A DNA stretch of 64,000 nucleotides from Laetmonice hystrix (taxonomy: Eukaryota), in the NCBI GenBank assembly GCA_965235115.1, contig OZ249444.1:5146001-5210000 (forward strand), read 5' to 3'. The notes beneath the pieces are model-generated. The model was not told where the DNA came from. It searched no databases and saw only the letters and a program-made list of their open reading frames with translations. Below are positions 37,636 to 49,190 of the stretch, in pieces; position 1 is the first letter of the stretch; each line of letters opens with the position of its first letter. Both the position numbers and the translations under genes were made by a program.

Positions 37636-38839
37636 TGTTGGTGGTTCTACCATCCCGTCATAGGGTGGTGTGACAGACGTTATGTTGGTGGTCCCACCAT
37701 CCCGCCATAGGGTGGTGTGACGGACGTTATGTTGGTGGTCCCACCATCCCGCCATAGGGTGGTGTGACAGACGTTATGTTGGTGGTTCTACCATCCCGCC
37801 ATAGGGTGGTGTGACAGACGTTATGTTGGTGGTCCCACCATCCCGCCATAGGGTGGTGTGACGGACGTTATGTTGGTGGTCCCACCATCCCGCCATAGGG
37901 TGGTGTGACAGACCTTATGTCAGTGGTTCTACCATCCCGCCATAGGGTGGTGTGACAGACGTTATGTTGGTGGTCCCACCATCCCGCCATAGGGTGGTGT
38001 GACAGACGTTATGTTGGTGGTTCTACCATCCCGCCATAGGGTGGTGTGACAGACCTTATGTTGGTGGTTCTACCATCCCGCCATAGGGTGGTGTGACAGA
38101 CGTTATGTTGGTGGTTCTACCATCCCGCCATAGGGTGGTGTGACAGACGTTATGTTGGTGGTTCTACCATCCCGCCATAGGGTGGTGTGACAGACCTTAT
38201 GTCAGTGGTTCTACCATCCCGCCATAGGGTGGTGTGACGGACGTTATGTTGGTGGTTCTACCATCCCGCCATAGGGTGGTGTGGCAGACGTTATGTTGGT
38301 GGTTCTACCGTCCCGCCATAGGGTGGTGTGACAGACGTTATGTTGGTGGTCCCACCATCCCGCCATAGGGTGGTGTGACAGACGTTATGTTGGTGGTCCC
38401 ACCATCCCGCCATAGGGTGGTGTGACAGACGTTATGTTGGTGGTCCCACCATCCCGCCATAGGGTGGTGTGACGGACGTTATGTTGGTGGTCCCACCATC
38501 CCGCCATAGGGTGGTGTGACAGACCTTATGTCAGTGGTTCTACCATCCCGCCATAGGGTGGTGTGACAGACCTTATGTCAGTGGTTCTACCATCCCGCCA
38601 TAGGGTGGTGTGACGGACGTTATGTTGGTGGTTCTACCATCCCGCCATAGGGTGGTGTGACAGACCTTATGTTGGTGATTCTACCATCCCGCCATAGGGT
38701 GGTGTGACAGACGTTATGTTGGTGGTTCTACCATCCCGCCATAGGGTGGTGTGACAGACGTTATGTTGGTGGTTCTACCGTCCCGCCATAGGGTGGTGTG
38801 ACAGACCTTATGTCAGTGGTTCTACCGTCCCGTCATAGG
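37636..38839 (+). repeat. Minisatellite, 47-bp unit CCATCCCGCCATAGGGTGGTGTGACAGACGTTATGTTGGTGGTTCTA, about 25.5 copies
   Basis: Direct inspection; period of 47 verified (37697 to 37744). Confidence 0.97.
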
Positions 38840-41320
38840 CTTGCGACATCCCTGCGATTTTGACATCACCGTTTTATTTTACTGTGATTTTGAGATTAAA
38901 GGATGGAACCCATTTTCTGAAACAGGGAAGGCCAGCCAAGAAAGATTTCAGATTAAAATTCCACCATTAAATCAAAAATCACATAGCCGTCGCAAGGGAA
39001 ATCGACTTAGTGGTAATGGCAGGCCCAGGTTCGTCTTATCGATGCGAGGGGAGACATAGGGGAGATACAGTGTACTACCGCAGTTTGCATGGAAAAAAAG
39101 TTAAACATCACAGAAAGCAAAAACATTCTTCAGAATATTAAATGTCTATGCCCTCAAATAAACAGTGGGTAATGTTTGATTTGCACAATAAGGTAATGAA
39201 TGGAAATAACAAAGTCTGGGTGCGTGTGATTAGAATACCAAACAACCGAGGATGAGCCTGGCTTGTGTAAACAAAGCTCGTTTTATGGACTGAATTATCA
39301 ATGCACTTTTCAGCCGATTGCCTCAGCCGACCGACAAATGCTGGGGATTTCAGTCCACAATGTGTGCAGAATGTGTCCGCAGTACTGAGATTGTTCTAGG
39401 CCATTCCGGCCCACATAATCCATCTCCTTTCGCTAGTGTTGCTGTCAAGCTGAGCGAGTAGAAAATTTCACCGTCAATTACTTGCGTGCTACCATTTTGA
39501 TATTGACGCGCAGTGAAGGAACTTGGTTGATTAGTTGCTGAGTTCACACCCAGAGGTAGAGAGAGCGACAGGGGGGTTGTAGAGAGAGATAGAGAGGGGG
39601 GTATTTGTGAAGTCCATGTCTCTGTATCTTTCAGCCCCTGGGGGCACGCGGATTGATAGACCGAGGGCCGACGAGCACGCCCTCTAGTGTTGGCTCATAC
39701 TACCAGATGCATGCAACAGATAGTCGGCTCAGCATCCGTTATGTTGGTTTTCATTGGATGGATCCTTCAGCCAATGGAAAGCTGTCTTACGAATATACTA
39801 GTATACCGGGGTCGTCCCACTTCTTCACTCATTATTCATGTTTTCTTTCGCTCGCTTGTAAAAACTATTTCCTTGTCCGCCTTTTTACGCACGCGTGACG
39901 CCTCCACCGTGTTATTATTTAAAGGGCAATGAGGCAGCGATTGGTAGTCACCATAAAGCAAATCCCAGCCACAAAAGTAAAAGACACCTTTCAGAACTAA
40001 GAAGATGGAATTCGAAGAAGTTTAGCGAAACTTTAGATAGATTTCCCCATGGGGAGGCCGATTTACTGTTGTATACGATCATCGTAATTGACTTCATACC
40101 CTCATTGCAGGAGCAGTAATTTTTGCTATGGTGATTTCAAAAACGAATAACAAACCTAATAGAATTAGCATACGGGGGCGAAACAGTAACGACATGTATC
40201 GGGTAAATGTCCTATTCTGGATTTATTTTTATAAAAGGGATGCATTAACAGCTTGGGGCCGAATCGGGAATTTACAGGCGCAGTAATTGTGGGAGTTTGA
40301 TCACTCTGGGGACGTACCGTGTAAAAGTGCCAGAACTAGTTGTAACCTCACATGATTTGCTGGTACCATTACACGTCAGAATGGCTCGATTTAATTTTAC
40401 TGCTCGGCCAGCGGGGAATTCGTTTAGTAGTTTGGATGATTTAACATAATCCTGGGAGATTACCGTTTTTATAATACGTATCATTGAGCTGGACTTTATA
40501 TCCAATAAATATATTGTTTGACGTTTCCATTATTGCTGTGGTGAGCAATATCCTCCTAACTAAATCTGATTAATAAGCAATTCAGTTTATTCCTTTTTTT
40601 ATTTCAAGGATGTTGAGTAAGATAAGGATATTTCATATATTTCGATAATAGAACGTCTAGATAACGTGTTGTTTATTATCAAGAAACTCGACAGCTTAGC
40701 TCAGTTTACGATTTATGAATTAATTCACATTTATACCGTACTCATTCACTCTTTGCCCCTAGATTGTAATGGAAATGTGCTTTTCAATTGCACTTCGCCA
40801 TCCGTTCCATAGGTGAAGCAGGATTTCTAAAGGGTGGGTCGAATTCCGGGGGGGGGGGGGGCACCTGATTATCACAGAGCTACCAAACAATGGCAACTCA
40901 ACTTCATTATGAATGTTGAAATGTTGGCACCGTTGGCCAAAGGGGTGGCGGTCGTTCGCATCAGTTCCCGGACTTGTTGAGCCGCAAGTGAAATTACTGA
41001 AAAATGCATGGTTAAATTACTGTCTAAATCCGATTGGACCGGCTCCTTTGAACAGATGGGACTTTGAATAAATACTTAATACAGACAGAGATATGTAGTC
41101 CCGATTTATTTTCAGGTGTACTGATTCCCGATCGTGGTCATTTGTGCCGTACTGTGTTACTGTTCTTATATCAATGCCAAAGCTAGAGGCATGCTGAGAA
41201 GCGCACATAACGGTCTGTCTACTGAGGCCTTAAAGTACAAAATGAAATCTGACCGAAGAAGCGAAACAGGCCAGCTTCGAAGTAAACACTGGCCGAGGTA
41301 GCGAAATAGGCAGCATAATA

Positions 41321-41574
41321 CAGGGGCGGATCCAGGGGGGTGGGGTCCAGACCCCCCTTTTTGTCAGAAAAATCTAGGCTATCGGTTAAAAAGGTCAAGA
41401 GATGAGGCCTTGTGAAAGCTGTAAAAATAGCATTTTTGGCCTTCTGAATTCAAATATTTTTTAGGAAAGAACCCCCAGATCCCCGTGCATGAACCTCATT
41501 CTGACTTCACGTCATTTCATTACGTCATAATTATTATAACATATTGGACCCTTCAAAAAGCTGGATCCGCCCCG
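41321..41574. mobile_element. 254-bp MITE, CAGGGGCGGATCCAG terminus, 5-bp TSD (hAT5-like)
   Basis: The right TIR is one base short; TAATA at 41316-41320 and 41575-41579. Confidence 0.7.
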
Positions 41575-41775
41575 GTAATATGTGAACTATGTCCGGTGAA
41601 AAGAGTTTATACGTTTGGGCCATAGTAGTTTTTTCATGATGATCCGTTCCTGCCGGCAATCAGTAGTATCCTTGGAGAAATGTGAGCACATGATGACAAT
41701 AAACACTTAGTGATACTTCAGGGCTCGTCCTAACCTGACACCAAGTGGTGAATCTGGCCGAGGTAGGATTAGTAA

Positions 41776-42077
41776 GATTGAGCGAAGAGACCTGGTTAGA
41801 TTTCGGTGAGATTGAGCGAAGGGACCTAGTTAGATTTCGGTGAGATTGAGCGAAGAGATCTGGTTGGATTTCGGTGAGATTGAGGCGAAGAGACCTGGTT
41901 GGATTTCGGTGAGATTGAGCGAAGAGACCTGGTTAGATTTCGGTGAGATTGAGCGAAGAGATCTGGTTGGATTTCGGTGAGATTGAGCGAAGAGACCTGG
42001 TTGGATTTCGGTGAGATTGAGCGAAGAGACCTGGTTGGATTTCGGTAAGATTGAGAGAAGAGACCTGGTTGAATTTC
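41776..42077 (+). repeat. Minisatellite, 34-bp unit GATTGAGCGAAGAGACCTGGTTAGATTTCGGTGA, about 9 copies
   Basis: Direct inspection. Confidence 0.96.
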
Positions 42078-42891
42078 AACCATGCTGATTACTATTAAGT
42101 TCCGGATCGTAAAGCACAGACGAATATTGCCGGTTAAATATGTCTTTTTTTATCGTATACAATACCAAAGACACCTCACAGCGTGAGAATTTACCTGTCT
42201 GTGAGTGCAGACATGAACATAGTAAAGCAGCCAAGCTAAACATAATGAAAACATTCTGGAATGGTACTAGATCTACGAGTATAGATGTTAAACACGCTTT
42301 GATCCATTTGAATGATTCTTGTATTTCTATTTCTAAATGTCTGATGGCTGGTTTGACTCTAAAGTTGAGACGTAGCAGAGAGGGATTTTGAAACTTACAA
42401 AGATATCTGAAGCGGATTTAAGACCCTTGAGGCTACCTAAAGTGTCAGGAATACTTCATTCTTTGAAAAGTAATTCTGAGAACAGTGATCAAACGTGGAA
42501 GATATGAGATTATTCTATACTGACTTGAAAGCAGATAGTAATGATGGCGAAAGGACTAATTATTCAAAGTGCTCATTGCGTTTGATTTCTTCCTCTCATC
42601 TGAACATTATACACTGTATTTCATTTAGCTTGTGGCATTTTTTTTCAATAAACTCATACAAGTCGTTTACAGGGCAAGCTGTTCCTCAGCTTCAAGAGAG
42701 AAGACGATGTCTACTGTAGGCCTTGCTTTCATATGTATATTTCTGTCATTCCTTTCCGTTGTCCGCTTCCGTTTTCCGTTTTGATGGTGTAAGTTTTGTC
42801 CTTCGGGCGGAAAGATGTGGAGCCACCGCCGATTACGAGTGTGAAGAGACAACCTAGAAAAATAGAAAGTATTGCTCAGTGCAAGTGAAAC

Positions 42892-43076
42892 GGCAAATGG
42901 TATACACGTGTTCAATGTAATACTCAGAGTACCCATGGGAAATGATATACACTTGTTCAATGTGCTACTCAGACTACCCATGGGAAATGATATACACTTG
43001 TTTAATGTACTACTCAGACTACCGATGGGAAATGATATACGCTTGTTCAATGTACTACTCAGACTACCCATGGGAA
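42892..43076. repeat. 45-bp tandem repeat, about 4 copies
   Basis: GGAAATGATATACACTTGTTCAATGT..TACTCAGACTACCCATG repeated; this is the 15-aa repeat in the ORF track. Confidence 0.93.
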
Positions 43077-43484
43077 GATCGCATATGGAAAGGGCAAGGG
43101 AGAGCGGAAATATTGTCGGTTAATGTAAAGATCCCAATGGTAAAAGTTTACATGGAATGTAGTGTGAAGGCCAATCGGTCGTGTGTCTGAGACCCATAAG
43201 AATTTTTTTTTTAAAGTAACCACTAAAACAGTGGTGAGAATGGGCAAGAGCAGCGAACCGTTGATACTTCCATCGGCAGCCTGGGCAACTGTTAATCTCC
43301 TTAAAAAAATAAAACGATCTGACAGGATCTTTATTGATCAATGTTGGCGTTCTAGTATTATCCTCTCAGCTTGCAGAGATTATCCACCGTGGATTATCCG
43401 TGCTGCTCCTGGGACATTTTAATACGCAAGGTTTCATTGGTCTTACTTGATGTTTGAAATATTCATGTTTACTCGACATGGGGC

Positions 43485-43547
43485 AGTGACGTCACCAAGC
43501 CATATAGTGACGTCACCAAGCCATATACTGACGTCACCAAGCAATAT
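43485..43547. repeat. 21-bp tandem repeat x3, each unit with a TGACGTCA (CRE) palindrome
   Basis: AGTGACGTCACCAAGCCATAT x3 with 2 substitutions. Confidence 0.9.
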
Positions 43548-43631
43548 GAGACGGGGGTTTAAAAAGGCATCTTAAACTGTAAGTTTGAGTAAGATTAAAA
43601 TCCCGTTGTAAAGTAAAGAAAGGCCACTTAC

Positions 43632-43777
43632 AAGTGAATACCAAATCCATGAAGATTTCTCGCAGTGTCCAAAGATCTCCTTCCCAGCACAGGGAGGGAG
43701 TTGTGCCTATTTTCCCTGAGGTATAACATCTGTGACGTGTGTAATCGTCTTTCCTAGAACAGGTGTGTGTATACATC
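43632..43777 (-). CDS. Candidate exon (146 nt)
   Basis: Strong acceptor ctctctcctcctcggatttttacag| and donor actt|gtaagt; single open frame MYTHTCSRK...CWEGDLWTLREIFMDLVFT. Confidence 0.4.
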
Positions 43778-45766
43778 CTGTAAAAATCCGAGGAGGAGAG
43801 AGTATTTATTTAATCTGATCAACGCTAGACTAAACTGATTTAAAATGATTCAGAGTTGGGCGAAATCTATACCTGGCTAACAGGATATCTAATTTTGGGG
43901 CCAGAGGCAACTTGAAGGGGAAAAGAGGAGTTGTCTTTCCAGTTCTCGACTGTCTACGTTTCGTATAGTTCTCCTAAATATGATCTTCTATGTTCATTGT
44001 AACTTCGTGAATTATGTGAGTGGTTGGTTGCACAATTGTGACGGTATTGGACAGATTTGGTCGCCCCAAAGGTCGCCACTTAAGTACAACGTGGACACAA
44101 TTACGAATAGGTTGATGGTTCAGTTATAATTGCTCGACTACTGAGTTCACGACTCAGGAAAGATTCAGGAAGAAATAATACGGTGAAGGTAAGAGAATTG
44201 ATCTTGCTGCCCAAGGTAACAATCAAGGAAATATAGGGAACTGCGTTATCTTTCCTCAAATTCGACGCACAATTTAATGATCATGACAATCATTTGGATG
44301 TTTATACAAATATTTTCCCAGCCAAAAGATTGACACAATTTGAAACTACTTGCCATATTTATTAGTATTTCGGGCAGGGAATATTGTTATAGGTTCAGGG
44401 TAAAGACATGACAACAGGCAGTTATAAAAGGGAAAAAACATCGAACTAAGTTCATTAATATATCAACAGCAGTGACCATCCTCCTGTCAGCCCCCTCACT
44501 CTGTTGTGTCCGTGCAATATTCGTCATGCTTTACTAGTTCGTGTGCGCGGTCAACTAAAGTACAGTTTTAATGGAAACCCGTGAATTGAATGATAGCCTT
44601 AACGCATTTCTCGGTGCGTTAGGATCCGGTGGGAAACCAAGCCTAAATGATTGAGTCTGGGGAGGCAGGCCTCATCTTCAGCCTCTTGTACGCCATGACA
44701 TCATAATTGTATTGCTGTCTTAATTTACAACATGTGCTGAGATTTGGCTCACTACCAATTTGTGTTAGAAACGTCAGAAGACAGCCGGGAATATATTAAT
44801 GTCGAATTACACCAACGGAGGAAGAAATATACCATCAGAATCGATTTTTGTCAGAGCTTTAATATCTACGAAACAATTGGTACGTGTTGCTTATAACATT
44901 TCAGAAAAGCGGGGGGTTCTTTCGCTTGCATAAGGAAACCGCAAAGAACATATTACAGTTTGGGAATAGAAGCCATGGCACGGTAAGCTAAACAGAGCTC
45001 GTCAGAATGTTAATACCAGCCCCCATTTGGGACCAGGCTCGTTTGTTTCCATGAAATTCCTGGCGGGGTAAAAATGTGATCTTCCCGCGGGGTATCATCA
45101 TAGGCAGGGGCTCAGTGGTGACAAAACCAAGCCAAGGTGCTGTCTGAAAGGCGCTCAGCTATACAGTCTTTTTATATTGAAACGAACACAGCCCTGCAGG
45201 TTAAGCCAATCCCCCGTCTATGTCGTATCGTTGGCGCCGCAGTCTCCTGACAACATTTCCCATATCAGAGTTACTGCCTCTTGGCGAACACCTGAAATTA
45301 CATTTCTAGGGGGAAACTTGTAGGGTGGATAAATCTTGTGTTGATAGAGCTGTAGACACCGATGCCGTGTCCTGAGACTGAACTGAATTACCAGTCGTCG
45401 AGTGATGTATCCATATACTCGAAAAGAGGATGGGGTTCTACTTAGAACACGACTCTGTTGCACCGAGAGAGAAGGAATTGGCGCCCCTGAGGTCTTAGAC
45501 CACGCGGGTGGAGGTAGAGTCAGTGTGACCGTGTGACACTGTGTCCTGGTGGTCACAGGGGATTCTGTCACACTCCGACAGAAAGATCCAGTAGTATAGT
45601 GTTGATTGGTATTGTGCGGCTAATGTGATATAACAGGAACTTTAGAATCGCGTTGCAAGAGTTTGAGTACACTTTTAACTTTTTTTTATAAAGGGTGTCT
45701 CAGAAATATTATACAGACCGTTAAATTGTCTTCATGTATGTCTTTTGGGACCACAATGCCCCCAAA

Positions 45767-45848
45767 GTTGTTGTTGTTGTTGTTTTGTTGTTGTTTTGTT
45801 GTTGTTTTGTTGTTGTTTTGTTGTTGTTTTGTTGCTGTTGTTATTATT
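45767..45848. repeat. (TTG)n-derived microsatellite with an 11-bp GTTGTTGTTTT period
   Basis: Direct inspection. Confidence 0.92.
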
Positions 45849-46009
45849 GTCTCCTTCACGGTTATTAGAACTTTCAATTCGTTAAAAAATCTCCCCGTGC
45901 CTCGTCCTTGGCTGATAATGCAGGCAGCCAGCCTTGTCTTTCAGGAATAACCAATGGGACGTTACAGTCTCACATGCCTTGTTGATCAGATTAATAATGA
46001 ATGGCATTA

Positions 46010-46084
46010 AATTAACCCGTTTTTCTTTGTCTTCCCAGGTGAGTGACTCCCATCGCTGCCCGACAACTTTACCAACTTCATCCG
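46010..46084 (+). other. 3' splice site fused to a perfect 5' splice site (ratchet point), or a 46-nt exon at 46039-46084
   Basis: TTAAC branch point, TTTTTCTTTGTCTTCCCAG|GTGAGT; alternative donor ccg|gtaggg at 46085. Confidence 0.35.
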
Positions 46085-49057
46085 GTAGGGAGAACCGGGT
46101 GGTTTCTGGTCTTTTTAGAGTGACTAATGTAGCGCCTATCTGTTATTTTTGTACAATCGCCTGTCAGTTATAAACGGGAGTTCCATAACTAAGCATCCTA
46201 TAAATTGTATTTTGTGCTAGAAATGTCATGATAGAATGGTAACCTGATATTGAAGACGGAACTTTAAATGGATTTGCTATTTAGAGGTACTTAAAGTATA
46301 ATCGTTTTCTTTTTTTAAGATAACACTGTCATAATGGTTGGGAAAGGTTCTGTGGTTCTAAGAATTGAAACTATGTGTGTGGCATTAAAAGTAGATTGTT
46401 TCACAGAATTGTCATGGAAATAAGTTTCTAACGGCTGCTAATATTCTATGGGGAGAAGAGGTTGGACTTTTGTCACATCCGGTTACCATGTGAGAAGACA
46501 ACTAAGTGGCTAGGCCTGCCTGACAGTGACTGGCAGTCGTAATAGTAGTAGTAGCAGCAAAAACAACACTAGTAGTAGTGGAATAGTAACAACATGCAAA
46601 AGAAGAACTTGGAAATCAGAAAATTGCCAAGGGAAGGTTTTGAAAAAGCAATATAAATTGCCTGCTGACCGCAGGTTTGGTATTTTGTCGTCCTCTGACC
46701 TCAGGTGCCACTACCAGATATAAATGTGCTAGGGGTACGAGCGATCACTCAACCTTACACGCTGTCATTCTTCGGTCTCTAGAAGTGACCCCCCCACACA
46801 CACACACATTAAAGCGATACGAATTAGAACTATCATGACAATATTGACACACCAACAAGTGTGATGGCAAGCGATATTGTAGTGCTACCGAAACGGTAGA
46901 AACTATAGCGCAACAAAAGCGATATAACTCTCGATCCCGTTGACACACTGCCAATTATATCGAAACCGCGCCGCTATCATTCCGATTTTGGTGTGTTGGC
47001 GTGACACCCCAACATTTTATAACGCAATAACTTGTTGTATCATGTTGAGAGCGCTATAATATCTCAGTGTGTCAAGCGCATGATTTGTACACAGGAAACA
47101 CACACTAATCGAAATTGCACGGCGGCACCTGTCACCTGTCAGTAGGATGACGTTGGTGTGGTGTATTTTTTTTAATTTCAGTGAGGTGAGAGTTATATGA
47201 ATGTAATCCAGACAAACATTATGGCTTCACCATGCACACTGTATAAAGATGTCTTGCTCTCTCGATCTCGAACTCTGGATAAAAGGGTGGGGCGGCGGAG
47301 GAACATTTTGTATGTGAGATCTGCTGATGGTGAGAAGGAATCTGGACGGAGCTTCCATTTCTATGGAAGCTGATTGTATTTCTGCAGTACTGGATACTTC
47401 TAGTGACATCGTGCTTTGTCGAGAAAGGCTTCAGCTATATGATATGTCTGAAAGACATTCCAATTTCATGGCTACATTATTGGCGGAGTTCATCCGTCGC
47501 AGTACGTAGCTTTCGTCTACAATCTTTGGCAATCGGCCGAAGTTCACACCTCCGACAAACTCGAAATTTATTAGGAGGGAAACAAAATGAAGTCATCTAA
47601 GTGTGGACGGATTTTACCTGGAGGGAAGGTGAACAATAATTTGTAGAATGCCTGTCGAAAACCGTGTTTCGTTCAGTCTACAAATGCTCCGACGAGAAAG
47701 GTACTGAGCTGTACCAAAGTCAACAGCTATTTATATAAAGATTATTTTAAGTATAGGTAAAGAGAGGGAGAGAGGGCATAAATGCCTTTTTTCATATTTT
47801 CTGCACTCTCCTGCTCGGAGATGATGGCAGGTCGGAGTGGCACATTGTGTTTCCAGACGGAGTCTGTGTGCCACTCACTCATTCTCAGCTCCAGGACAAC
47901 GGAAAAACTTTCCTAAAGTGCCCCAACAGATGGCACGGAAAGAGCCACATTGTGTTGTATTGATTACCGGAATCTTTCTACTGCCGATTGATGCGTTTGG
48001 GAATATCCTTTCCCGGAAAAAAAACACACAAAACACCGCCACTCGCCATGCCAAACCAGCTCTTTTATCGGTTGGCAGAGTCGTTTTAAAAGTTCAGAGC
48101 CGTTGAAAGACTCCCGTGGGCACTGAGACATATGTTAGTAAGAATGTCTGGTCCGGCTGTAAGTCCTTGTGGCCGTGGGGCTGGGAAGTACCCGAAAAAT
48201 AGGGTGTGACGATCGGATTTTGCCCTGGGCCGTAGTACAGGAGCCAATGGGGACATTCCGCCTGTTAGCAGCGTTCGATGGTCTGGCCGAGAGGAAAGTT
48301 ATCCCACCAATCATACCTTGCACTTGGACACCGCCGTCGGAAATTACCATCCAGTCCGCAAAGAAATAGTTCCCTTCAGAAGTTGTCCATGCTCAGCAAT
48401 AACACCTTGGAATCAATAGCGTAGCTGTAGGGGAGAGACATATTTGGACAGAGTTCACTATGAACAGAACACCCCCCACCCACACCCACACCCACCCCCA
48501 CCCCACACCCCCACACACACACCCACTGCCTTCTTTTTAAGGGGGTTGGGACAAGATGAAAGGCATCAAGCTTGGTGAACCCACACGGCAAGTAGTCATC
48601 GGCAAAGGCTACAAGCAGGTTACATTACTGAAGTCTTGCGCGGCCTTTAGATATTAGACAGTTGCCCTGAGGTGACCCTGAGGTACGCCAATGTCCCCTC
48701 ATTGCAGTACCAGTACCTTTCCCAGAGAAACCCCATCGGTTGACTGGTGAATAATGTATCGCCATCCCAGGCTGTGATGTTATTACGTGGACGGTTCGTG
48801 CAAAGGGACGCCGTATTGGGAGTTTTCATAACTGAGGGTTTTGCTTTCTGTGATGAGAGATACAGACATTGATCTGGTCAATGATTTGGCTATTCCTCCC
48901 TGCACTTCAGTGATGGCCTTCAGTTGCCCTCTGAAGGTTTCTCAGTGTTGCTTTGTTTGTGAGTTTGGCGTCTGCACTTCTGGTGCGGTAATACGGTACA
49001 GTGCTGTTGTCTCGGGTGGATGAGTCGCCGCTTGCACAGCGCTAATAATAACAGTTA

Positions 49058-49190
49058 CCCCATGTTTGCTTACGAAGTACGGAATATAACCTAGCCTTGG
49101 TTGGCCATACCACATGAGGGCGAAGCCCGAATGTGGTATGGCCAACCAAGGCTAGGTTATATTCCGTACTTCGTAAAAGCAAACATGGGG
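49058..49190. mobile_element. Long hairpin or palindromic element
   Basis: 45-bp perfect stem (49071-49115 / 49131-49175) plus a 13-bp outer stem after a 2-nt bulge; 15-nt loop GAGGGCGAAGCCCGA. The mobile origin is inferred. Confidence 0.65.

Noticed and set aside
40808-40980. MITE-like left end with a poly-G tract
   Set aside because: No matching right TIR or TSD; too incomplete to annotate.
42667-43190. ORFs with a 15-aa repeat on both strands
   Set aside because: Product of a four-copy 45-bp repeat; no splice or homology support.
48135-49050. Degenerate minus-strand reading frames next to the hairpin
   Set aside because: Multiple stops and no recognisable domain.
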